Part shown: positions 23,927 to 30,883 of the stretch, in pieces
Position numbering within the stretch: position 1 is the first letter of the stretch
Layout of the letters: every line of letters begins with the position of its first letter
DNA from: Candidatus Saccharimonadota bacterium
GTDB taxonomy: Bacteria; Patescibacteriota; Microgenomatia; UBA1406; GWC2-37-13
Length of the DNA stretch: 32,000 bases
Assembly: GCA_016432445.1 (NCBI GenBank)
Contig: CP066689.1
Coordinates: 480,001 to 512,000, forward strand
Direction of reading: 5' to 3'
Program-made: the position numbers and the translations under genes
Notes under the pieces: model-generated
Databases searched by the model: none
Seen by the model: the letters and a program-made list of their open reading frames with translations, nothing else
What the model was told of the DNA's origin: nothing

Positions 23927-25432
23927 TTAAGCTTGATACTGTTTCTTTTTCAGAATAAGAGAGCCTACAAATAGGCCTGAGATCATCCAAAAATAATAAG
24001 CAACTTTTGATGCTTCAAAAACATCTATATAGGCGGCATTAAGAAGTAAACCGAGAATTCCGAACAAAAAACCAATATAGATTGTTTCTTCGTGTTTTTT
24101 AAACTGCCACACAAATTTAGCTATGGAGAATATAATTATTAAAAATAATGATGTGCCTAAAGCTCCAAATTCTCCTATCCATCGCAAATAATCATTATCA
24201 GTGGCTTCAGTAATTGAAGAAGGCCCTGTGCCAAGTAGTGGGTTTTTAAGAAAAGAATTTATTGCCCGTGGCCACTCTGCCTGAAGTCGTGTAGCAAATG
24301 AGATATCTGAAATAACCGTATTTACTGGTTTTAGGTTTACGGAAGCTGTAGCAATAATTTGAGCTTCTTCACTAGCTGTAAGTACTTTGCCTTCTTTTCT
24401 AGCCTCATCTCTATAGCCGCTTAAGATTGTTTCATTCAGTAAACCTTGATTAGTTGTGTTGATTACAGGTGAGGATGTGTTTTTATTTTTAATCTCGACA
24501 TAAAAAGAACCGGCTGGAAGTTCTTTGGTACTGATTTTCTGAGGTACAACTACCTGACCTGTTAGTTCGTTAACAAAAATTTGTTTAATCTGAAATGTTT
24601 TAACAAATCTAGCGATCAAATTATTGGAGAGAAAGCTTAAGCCTAAAGAGAATATAAGTACAGTTATTAATAATTTCCATTTTCTCAAGTAAACTAAGAA
24701 AGCACTTATAGATACGATATATGCTATTGATGATATTCTTGAAGCAGTTAGAGTTAAAGCAAACAATGCAACAAGGAAGATGACAAAATATAAAAATTTT
24801 TTTCTCCAAAGATAAACACTTAAAAGAAGAGGTAAAAGTAATACAAGATAAGCGGCTAAATCATAATGACCGCCAAAAGTAGAAGAAATTCTTGCTTCGG
24901 GCGTAAGATAAAGTATGTGTCCTCGGGCAAACTCCGGATTCATTGTCTGTACTGCTGGAAAGTTTAGAAATTTTTGACCTATACCATAAATGCTAACGAG
25001 GAACAAAGCTACAAAAATAAACTTAGAATACTGCAGAAGCTCGCTTTTTGATTTTATTAAAGAAAGAGCTATGAAAAAAACAATCATATACTCAACTCTT
25101 CGCGCCGAGTGAAGAAAGCCAATATTGGCAACTTGAATTGTTTTTTGTATATAAGTCCCGAAGATAAATGATAAAAAGACTGCTGTCCAGAAAAGAATAA
25201 AAAGTATTAAAAATTTTTTCCTTAAAGTAACCTTTTTCCTTAAAAGTTGAATAATAAAGACAAAAAGCATAAAACCAATAAAAAAATCTTCCAATCTGAT
25301 AGAAATGTATGTATACTCGAGATCAATAAAGGGCAGCTTAGGATAAAGAGGAATGATAAAGATGAAAGTTATAAGGAGAAGTTTAAGAAGATAATTGTCA
25401 AGCCATCTTAATAAGTTCCAAAGCTTCTCCAT
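23927..25432 (-). CDS. O-antigen ligase/polymerase-like (Wzy_C family) membrane protein
   Basis: It has about 10 or more hydrophobic helices and a large extracytoplasmic loop. The loop is followed by RLQAEWPRAINSFLKNPLLGTGP, a block typical of this family. Confidence 0.55.
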   Translation of the reverse strand: MEKLWNLLRWLDNYLLKLLLITFIFIIPLYPKLPFIDLEYTYISIRLEDFFIGFMLFVFIIQLLRKKVTLRKKFLILFILFWTAVFLSFIFGTYIQKTIQVANIGFLHSARRVEYMIVFFIALSLIKSKSELLQYSKFIFVALFLVSIYGIGQKFLNFPAVQTMNPEFARGHILYLTPEARISSTFGGHYDLAAYLVLLLPLLLSVYLWRKKFLYFVIFLVALFALTLTASRISSIAYIVSISAFLVYLRKWKLLITVLIFSLGLSFLSNNLIARFVKTFQIKQIFVNELTGQVVVPQKISTKELPAGSFYVEIKNKNTSSPVINTTNQGLLNETILSGYRDEARKEGKVLTASEEAQIIATASVNLKPVNTVISDISFATRLQAEWPRAINSFLKNPLLGTGPSSITEATDNDYLRWIGEFGALGTSLFLIIIFSIAKFVWQFKKHEETIYIGFLFGILGLLLNAAYIDVFEASKVAYYFWMISGLFVGSLILKKKQYQA

Positions 25433-26315
25433 AAGTTGTTAGTAAATACTTATTATTTGTTATCTTGCCAATAATAATTGCTGTTAATGCTTTCAATTGT
25501 AGCATAACTTTTAAGAAAAGCATAGAAAGGGGACTGTGGTGCTTGTTATAAAAATAAAGAAATCCTCGGTAAACTTGTAATATCGGGTAAGTTTTGTTTC
25601 CACTTGAGGCGGAACCTAAATGAATAAACTGTGCTTTGGGATAAAACCAGACGTGAAATTCTTGTTTTTTGGCTCGGTACAAAAGATCAATCTCATCCAT
25701 ATACATAAATATTTTTTCATCAAAGCCTCCAATTTTTTCGTAATAGGATTTTTTAGTTAAAATACAAGCACCCGAAATCCAATCAATTTCTTTTGTAATG
25801 TTTGGAGAATAACGGGTTAAACTCCAATAGTCACCTTTTAAAAATAAAGCGGCAAAGACAACAGGAAGTGAGTAAAAAGGACCACATGAGGCTTGAGGAG
25901 TAAGATCTTTATTTAAAAGTTTTCCTCCTAAAAAATGAACTTCATCTTCATTTTCTCTAAAGTAAAGAATAAGTTTTTTTATTGCGTTGTCTAAAACTAC
26001 AGTATCAGAATTAAGAAAAAGAAGATAAACTCCTTTAGCGTGAAACACAGCTTGGTTATTAGCTTTGGCAAAACCGGTATTTTTTTCATTTTGGATTAAA
26101 ATCAGATTGTCATGATGTTTTTGCAAGCTTTGCAACATCTGGGGGGAGTCGTCGGTTGAGGCGTTATCGATGACTATAAGTTCAAATGGGAGATTAGGGT
26201 GATTTGGGCTATTAGAGGAAAGAGATTTGTAGATTGAGTCAATACAATCTTTGGTAATTTTTTCGGTGTTGTAGGAGATAATGATGATTGATAAAAGAGG
26301 ATTAAAGGTAGCCAT
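25398..26315 (-). CDS. GT2-family (GT-A fold) glycosyltransferase
   Basis: Present are LSIIIISYN, VIDNASTDDS and LFLNSDT (DxD-like). Confidence 0.85.
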   Translation of the reverse strand: MATFNPLLSIIIISYNTEKITKDCIDSIYKSLSSNSPNHPNLPFELIVIDNASTDDSPQMLQSLQKHHDNLILIQNEKNTGFAKANNQAVFHAKGVYLLFLNSDTVVLDNAIKKLILYFRENEDEVHFLGGKLLNKDLTPQASCGPFYSLPVVFAALFLKGDYWSLTRYSPNITKEIDWISGACILTKKSYYEKIGGFDEKIFMYMDEIDLLYRAKKQEFHVWFYPKAQFIHLGSASSGNKTYPILQVYRGFLYFYNKHHSPLSMLFLKVMLQLKALTAIIIGKITNNKYLLTTYGEALELIKMA

Positions 26316-26323
26316 TAGCGTAG

Positions 26324-26336
26324 ATTATAGTATAAT
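26324..26336. promoter_or_regulatory. Back-to-back -10 boxes for the GT2 operon (minus) and the tRNA (plus)
   Basis: The minus strand has TATAAT (26324-26329) 8 nt from ATG 26315. The plus strand has TATAAT (26331-26336) 13 nt before the tRNA 5' end. Confidence 0.5.
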
Positions 26337-26349
26337 TTAATGTAGTTTT

Positions 26350-26421
26350 GCTAGGATAGCTCAGTGGTAGAGCAATCGTTTCATAAGCGATCGGTCGGGA
26401 GTTCGATCCTCCCTCCTAGCA
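26350..26421 (+). tRNA. tRNA with anticodon CAU (elongator Met or lysidine-modified Ile2 type); CCA not encoded
   Basis: I folded the cloverleaf by hand. The acceptor stem is GCTAGGA/TCCTAGC, the D arm is GCTC-AGTGGTA-GAGC and the anticodon arm is ATCGT-TTCATAA-GCGAT. The variable loop is CGGTC, the T arm is GGGAG-TTCGATC-CTCCC and the discriminator is A. The G1-C72 pair and an anticodon stem lacking three G-C pairs argue against an initiator. Confidence 0.9.
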
Positions 26422-26438
26422 CATTTGCTGACACAACT

Positions 26439-26461
26439 AACTTCTGTTGACAGAAGTTTTT
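26439..26461 (+). terminator. Intrinsic terminator after the tRNA
   Basis: A perfect 8-bp stem aacttctg/cagaagtt carries a ttga loop and runs into ttttt. Confidence 0.6.
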
Positions 26462-26475
26462 ATAAAAATTAAGAT
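26447..26475 (+). promoter_or_regulatory. Candidate promoter of the RmlC-like gene (TTGACA-N17-TAAGAT), embedded in the terminator hairpin
   Basis: TTGACA is at 26447-26452 and TAAGAT at 26470-26475. Only 6 nt lead to ATG 26482, so the transcript would be leaderless. Confidence 0.4.
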
Positions 26476-26481
26476 TAATTT

Positions 26482-27030
26482 ATGCAAATAACTAAAGATG
26501 ATCTGATTCAGGATATAAAAATTGAAGTATTTACTCAAAAATACGGCGCTAAACCAACAATAGATGGGCTTAAAATAATTGAACTTAAAAAATTCTCTGG
26601 TGAGGATGGAACGTTTGAAGAGCTTTTAAGGATTAATGATCAAGGTAATTTGGAGATCTTTCCTGATTTTCATTTAATGCAGGTCAATAGATCAAAACTT
26701 CTTCCAGGGGCGATCAAAGCTTGGCACATTCATCTTAATCAAGAGGATATTTGGTATGCTGATCCTGAAGATCATATGCTTTTAGGTTTATGGGATATAA
26801 GAGAAGATTCATCAACAAAAAATACAAAATTTAAATTAGTCTTAGGAGCAGGAGTATCGAGGTTAGTTTATATTCCGCGGGGAGTGGCTCATGGAGTAGT
26901 TAATATTTCCAATAATCCAGGCACAGTTATTTACTTCGTTAACAAACAATTTAACATTCAGTCACCTGATGAATATCGACTTCCTTGGGATAAGATAGGT
27001 AAAGAATTTTGGGAATGCGAAAAAGCTTAA
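26482..27030 (+). CDS. RmlC-like cupin (dTDP-4-dehydrorhamnose 3,5-epimerase family)
   Basis: Present are AWHIHLNQEDIWY, the LWDIRE..S.T block and YIPRGVAHGV, the pattern of RmlC-type epimerases/isomerases. The exact specificity cannot be determined from sequence. Confidence 0.6.
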   Translation: MQITKDDLIQDIKIEVFTQKYGAKPTIDGLKIIELKKFSGEDGTFEELLRINDQGNLEIFPDFHLMQVNRSKLLPGAIKAWHIHLNQEDIWYADPEDHMLLGLWDIREDSSTKNTKFKLVLGAGVSRLVYIPRGVAHGVVNISNNPGTVIYFVNKQFNIQSPDEYRLPWDKIGKEFWECEKA

Positions 27031-29264
27031 TGCGGTACTGGTGTAGGGGTTGGATCATGAGCGCAGTCTACGCAATATATTGAATAATCGTCTTTCATAA
27101 TTGTTTTCTCTTTCATCTCAATGTCAGGTTCTCCTGGTTGAGCTAGTTTATCAGTATTTTTATTAACCGGCACAGGTTCTCGTTTTACCGTTACAGATTG
27201 TTTATCTTCTGTGCCTTTGATAAAGTACTCAAACCGCGATGAGCAGTTCTCTTTACCTTCCTGATCTTTTGACGCTAATTTTCCTGTATCATTGCAGACT
27301 TGTTTACCAATGATTGTGTCAGGCATTATCGGCCAGAGGTCAGGCTGATCTTTTAAAATATAATTCATTATTTTATTCCAGATTGGAGCGGCACCTGTAA
27401 TTCCAGAGGTCAGGTATTGATTCATTGGACTGCCGTCATTATTGCCGACCCAGACTGCAGTTAAAAAGTTTGGAGTGTAACCAATTGTCCAATTATCTTT
27501 TTTATCATCAGTGGTTCCGGTTTTTACAGACACAGCTTTTTTAGGAATGACTAAAAAAGAAGATGACCCAAAGGCTTGGGCGCGTGCATTATTATCCAAA
27601 AGGATATGTGAGATTAGAAATGAAGTTTCTACAGAGATTGATTTTTTCCCAGGAATTGCCAGAAAGTTTGGATAAATTAATGGTTTATGAATATCTTTTA
27701 CAAAATTAAAGTCTTTAAATTCATAAAGTTTTTTTCCTATTTTATCCTGAACATCTAAAATAGCGTTAAGTGTACGTGGTTTGCCTCGGTTAGAAAATGC
27801 AGAAAAAGCCTGAGCAAGTTCAGTCATTCTCACTTCTCCTCCACCTAAGGTCAGGGCTAACCCATAACGTTGAGGATCTTTAAATGAGGTGATCGTAAAA
27901 GCTGAGGATGAGGCAACAAAATTATCAACGCCATTTATTGCCAGCATTTTCACAGCAGGAACATTGTAGGAGCTGCCAAGAGCAAATCTTAACTGAACGG
28001 GTCCATGAAAGATGCCGTCATAATTAACCGGGCAGTAAGGTTGAGGAATACTTTTAAAACAGGTTTTGGCATCTAAGAAAACTGTCGCTGGCGTGACTAG
28101 CTGACGATCGATTCCAATTGCATAATTGATAGGTTTAATAGCTGATCCCGGCTGTCTTAAACTTGTAGTTACATTAAAAGCGCCTGAAGGGGTGGCAAAA
28201 TAATCTTGCGATCCAACCATAGCTAAAATTTCTCCGGTTGTTGGACGGGTTACTAAAACTGCTCCATTGGAAACATTCAAGCCTTCCAATTTTTCGATTT
28301 CTTCTTTTAAAATTTTCTCAGCCTGTTCTTGGATGTCTAAGTCTAACGTAGTATAAACTCTTAAGCCTCCCTGCTCAATTTGATCAACATCATACTTTTC
28401 TTCAAGCAGGCTTTTAACATAAAAAACAAAATGAGGAGCTTTAATATTAATTTTAGGAGGAACGACAGTAACTGGTTTTGCTGACTGTTCTTTTCGTTTC
28501 TTTTCATCCATATACTTTTGTTCCTTCATTTTTTTTAACACCTCATTCCTCCTGGTTTTGGCAATGTCGGGATTATAGTGGGGAGAGTAAAGTGAAGGAG
28601 CCTGAGGTAGACCGGCGAGCAATGCTGCTTCATCTAAAGTTAACTCTTTTGCTTGTTTACCAAAATAAGTCCGAGTTGCTTCTTCAATACCATAGGAAGA
28701 ACCTCCATAAGCAACCTGATTTAAGTACATTTCCAAAATTTGATCTTTGGTATACATTCTTTCCGCCCAAATTGCCAGGATGATTTCTTTTATTTTTCTT
28801 TGGATAGTTCTTTCAGGAGTAAGAAGAGCGCTTTTAATAAGCTGCTGAGTTAAAGTTGAACCGCCTTGAAGATTTTTTTTAAGAATAGTATCTTTTATGG
28901 CCCTAAAAATTCCTGAGATAAAAGAGATTCCTCCATGACGGTAAAAATCTTTATCCTCAATAGCGATAGTGGCTTTGGCAATATAAGGCGGAAGATCTTT
29001 AAGTTTAACAGGAGTTCTGTTTTCGTCTTTATAAACTTCGTAAAGCAGTTTGCCATTGCGGTCATAAATGTGAGTTGATAAAGGTGTAGATCTATAATCT
29101 TTTAATTTAGATGGTGAAGGAAGATTATAAAAAATGAAAAAATAGATAAAGATCAAAAAACCCAGCAAAGGAACAACGGTCGCGAGTAAAAATTTGTAAT
29201 TTAAGAGGACTTTTTTAACATTTATGGCTTTTAATTTCTGCAGTAAATTTTTCCAAAATTCCAT
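27027..29264 (-). CDS. Class A penicillin-binding protein (PBP1A: GT51 transglycosylase plus transpeptidase)
   Basis: An N-terminal TM anchor is present. The GT51 motifs are IAIEDKDFYRHGGI, GGSTLTQQL and RKIKE. The transpeptidase motifs are SAIKP (SxxK), SYN (SxN) and KTGTT. A C-terminal tail of about 90 aa contains 4 Cys. Confidence 0.92.
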   Translation of the reverse strand: MEFWKNLLQKLKAINVKKVLLNYKFLLATVVPLLGFLIFIYFFIFYNLPSPSKLKDYRSTPLSTHIYDRNGKLLYEVYKDENRTPVKLKDLPPYIAKATIAIEDKDFYRHGGISFISGIFRAIKDTILKKNLQGGSTLTQQLIKSALLTPERTIQRKIKEIILAIWAERMYTKDQILEMYLNQVAYGGSSYGIEEATRTYFGKQAKELTLDEAALLAGLPQAPSLYSPHYNPDIAKTRRNEVLKKMKEQKYMDEKKRKEQSAKPVTVVPPKINIKAPHFVFYVKSLLEEKYDVDQIEQGGLRVYTTLDLDIQEQAEKILKEEIEKLEGLNVSNGAVLVTRPTTGEILAMVGSQDYFATPSGAFNVTTSLRQPGSAIKPINYAIGIDRQLVTPATVFLDAKTCFKSIPQPYCPVNYDGIFHGPVQLRFALGSSYNVPAVKMLAINGVDNFVASSSAFTITSFKDPQRYGLALTLGGGEVRMTELAQAFSAFSNRGKPRTLNAILDVQDKIGKKLYEFKDFNFVKDIHKPLIYPNFLAIPGKKSISVETSFLISHILLDNNARAQAFGSSSFLVIPKKAVSVKTGTTDDKKDNWTIGYTPNFLTAVWVGNNDGSPMNQYLTSGITGAAPIWNKIMNYILKDQPDLWPIMPDTIIGKQVCNDTGKLASKDQEGKENCSSRFEYFIKGTEDKQSVTVKREPVPVNKNTDKLAQPGEPDIEMKEKTIMKDDYSIYCVDCAHDPTPTPVPH

Positions 29265-29272
29265 AAATATAA

Positions 29273-29281
29273 ATTTTAGCA
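29273..29281 (-). promoter_or_regulatory. Extended -10 element (TGcTAAAAT) 8 nt upstream of the PBP1A ATG
   Basis: The minus strand reads ctgcTAAAATttatatttATG. There is no SD. Confidence 0.5.
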
Positions 29282-29296
29282 GAAAAGATAAATTAT

Positions 29297-29326
29297 GTTC
29301 GTAGTTCGTCGTTAGGAGTTCGTCGA
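29297..29326. repeat. Tandem heptamers gttcgta gttcgtc gttagga gttcgtc
   Basis: The 7-nt phasing is read directly from the sequence. It is the same unit as in the GT4 CDS at 19485-19505. Confidence 0.75.
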
Positions 29327-29351
29327 CCCTGGAATGTTAACCTATAGCAGT

Positions 29352-29380
29352 TTGACTTCAATTTTTACTTTTGTTAGAAT
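29352..29380 (+). promoter_or_regulatory. Strong orphan promoter: TTGACT-N17 (with TGn)-TAGAAT
   Basis: TTGACT is at 29352-29357, TGt at 29372-29374 and TAGAAT at 29375-29380. No start codon lies within 100 nt downstream of the predicted TSS. The next plus-strand CDS starts at 29740. Confidence 0.6.
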
Positions 29381-29442
29381 GGGACTTTCTATAAAGCACT
29401 TTGACAATCTATTTAACTCGTGGGGAGGAAATCTGAAGCAAT

Positions 29443-29484
29443 CTAACATCAAAGATCTAAGATCTTAGATCTTTGATCTGAGAT
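29443..29484. repeat. Six 7-nt-phased units containing a 26-nt perfect palindrome
   Basis: The units are ctaacat caaagat ctaagat cttagat ctttgat ctgagat. The perfect palindrome caaagatctaagatcttagatctttg is at 29450-29475 and contains three AGATCT sites. Confidence 0.85.
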
Positions 29485-29573
29485 GAAATTAAACTTTAAG
29501 AAGTTTTTAAAAGCATAAAATCTAAATAGAGTTTGAGATTTTAGATTGTATCAGGCTCGTCTCCTCACGGAAA

Positions 29574-29699
29574 GATTGGTTGATGGCTTATTGGAGATTT
29601 AGTCGTGAGTCGTTAGTCATGAGTCGAGAGAAAAAAAATCTTAAGACGAATGACTCAAGTCTCAAGACTCTTAAGTATCCAGCAAGCCATCAATCAGTC
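29574..29699 (+). other. Imperfect hairpin of about 125 nt immediately upstream of the cassette's first gene
   Basis: The outer helix pairs 29574-29594 with 29679-29699: 17 Watson-Crick pairs, 3 G-U pairs and 1 mismatch over 21 positions. The inner arms are heptamer arrays, agtcgtg agtcgtt agtcatg agtcgag (29601-29628) and gactcaa gtctcaa gactctt (29652-29672). Confidence 0.6.
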
Positions 29700-29739
29700 A
29701 AAGACTGAAAATTTTAAAGATGGAGGGAAAGGAAAGACA

Positions 29740-30273
29740 ATGGAAAAGGTAATTAACAAATTGGTGATCAGCAGTACTTCAGCAGTTCGGCTAACCGACG
29801 ATTATCAAAAGGGGGTCACGCTTCAACGGTTGTCTGAGAAGAACAGCCCTTACGTAATTCAGGTTAAAAAGGGTGAGGCTGACGTCGTAGTTGCGTTTGA
29901 AGTGTCAGGATTAGTAGGTGACGATGTTGTCTGCTATTCTGGAAGAAGGACCTACCGAAAGGGGAAGGAGATCGATACGGACTTGGGTCTTGGCTGGTTC
30001 ATCGGGACGCTCAACTCTCGTACTCAAGTTAAGGTCAGTCTATCACTTTTCCACCCAGCCTATTTTGAGCATGACGTGGAAGTCAGCGCGAACGGAATTG
30101 CATACATTAAGCCAAGTTGGCAGGGTGAGATTGTCTACGAGATGTCGGTGGCAGAAGATGCTGCTTTACCACCATTTCCTCGTATACCGATTGAGGATCT
30201 TGTTCAAGGGGAACAGATTAAGTATCTGCGCAACACCGATGACGTAATAAGACGGGAAAAAGATACCGGGTAA
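29740..30273 (+). CDS. Hypothetical protein A of the GC-rich cassette (177 aa from ATG 29740)
   Basis: The ORF sits in a region of about 50% G+C. SD-like GGAGGG (29722-29727) and AAGGAAAG lie upstream of ATG 29740. The first 30 codons of the track ORF (29650-29739) fall in the hairpin/repeat region and are probably non-coding. No recognisable motif is present. Confidence 0.6.
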   Translation: MEKVINKLVISSTSAVRLTDDYQKGVTLQRLSEKNSPYVIQVKKGEADVVVAFEVSGLVGDDVVCYSGRRTYRKGKEIDTDLGLGWFIGTLNSRTQVKVSLSLFHPAYFEHDVEVSANGIAYIKPSWQGEIVYEMSVAEDAALPPFPRIPIEDLVQGEQIKYLRNTDDVIRREKDTG

Positions 30274-30316
30274 GAGTTGCCGACAATCTAATATTAAGTG
30301 AAAGGAGGTGATGAAA

Positions 30317-30787
30317 ATGGCGCACTTGGATATTCAAGAGGGCGATACACTGATCATCAAAGTGCGGCAAGAGGGCGATCAGCGTTTTGTATTCGAAGGG
30401 ATACTGAGAAAGGAAAGAGCTTTTGGTTTTGGGCTGAGAACAGAGACTCAGCTTGAAGCAGGCTTGACACTCTTGGTAGTGATTGAACTGCTTGATGATC
30501 CAGTAGGATCTGGTGATCATGAGTATGCAACAGTCACGAAAAGAAAGGCTTATGTGCCAAGCCGCCGCAAACCATGCTGGCTAGGCAGCCTGGTTATACC
30601 GCTCTTCAAACGCACCTACCAAGTTCCGGCTCTGATCAAAATGTTCCGCATTCAGGAAGAACTCCTTACGGAAGAATTCCTTCGCCGTGTGGAAGAAAGT
30701 GGAAGCGTGGACGAAGTAAAGTATCCGATGATATGGAATGTGTATTTTGAGCGGGCTAGTTCACGAGTGAAATCGGCAGAGGTATAG
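30317..30787 (+). CDS. Hypothetical protein B of the GC-rich cassette (156 aa from ATG 30317)
   Basis: AAAGGAGGTGAT at 30301-30312 is a 12-nt match to the canonical anti-SD complement. Its GGAGG core ends 8 nt before ATG 30317. Composition is the same GC-rich type as protein A. No recognisable motif is present. Confidence 0.65.
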   Translation: MAHLDIQEGDTLIIKVRQEGDQRFVFEGILRKERAFGFGLRTETQLEAGLTLLVVIELLDDPVGSGDHEYATVTKRKAYVPSRRKPCWLGSLVIPLFKRTYQVPALIKMFRIQEELLTEEFLRRVEESGSVDEVKYPMIWNVYFERASSRVKSAEV

Positions 30788-30822
30788 CCGACAAGTTAGC
30801 GGAGGCGAGCAAAAACATAGGC

Positions 30823-30883
30823 GCCGGGGGTGATGGTATGAGTTGACATTCAACTCAAACATTATCCTCCGGCCATTTTTTTT
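30823..30883 (+). terminator. Intrinsic terminator of the cassette
   Basis: The GC-rich outer stem is gccggggg (30823-30830) paired with cctccggc (30866-30873, one G-U pair). The inner stem is tgagttga/tcaactca. A run of eight T follows at 30876-30883. Confidence 0.7.

Noticed and set aside
26350-26421. The tRNA could be the integration site (att) for the GC-rich cassette.
   Set aside because: The cassette is about 3 kb away, with two native genes (the RmlC-like gene and PBP1A) in between. I found no integrase and no direct repeat of the tRNA 3' end.
29401-29429. A second TTGACA hexamer at 29401-29406 could be a promoter.
   Set aside because: No acceptable -10 hexamer lies at 16-19 nt spacing; the sequence there is ggagga.
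29483-29518. An 11-codon uORF (MKLNFKKFLKA) lies in the leader between the palindrome and the AU hairpin.
   Set aside because: It has no SD and no recognisable leader-peptide logic, such as runs of regulatory codons. Such an ORF is easily produced by chance in AT-rich sequence. It is worth keeping in mind only if the leader proves to be regulatory.
29650-29739. The first 30 codons of the track ORF 29650..30273 (MTQVSRLLSIQQAINQSKTENFKDGGKGKT).
   Set aside because: This stretch is made of the heptamer array and the right arm of the 125-nt hairpin. SD-like GGAGGG/AAGGAAAG precede the internal ATG at 29740. The assignment is not proven.
29918-30520. Overlapping ORFs 29918..30247 (+) and 30218..30520 (-) inside the GC-rich cassette.
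   Set aside because: These are alternative-frame and antisense shadow ORFs, as expected in a segment of about 50% G+C. They have no SD, they overlap the two better-supported ORFs, and their products are low-complexity or Arg/Ser/Leu-rich.
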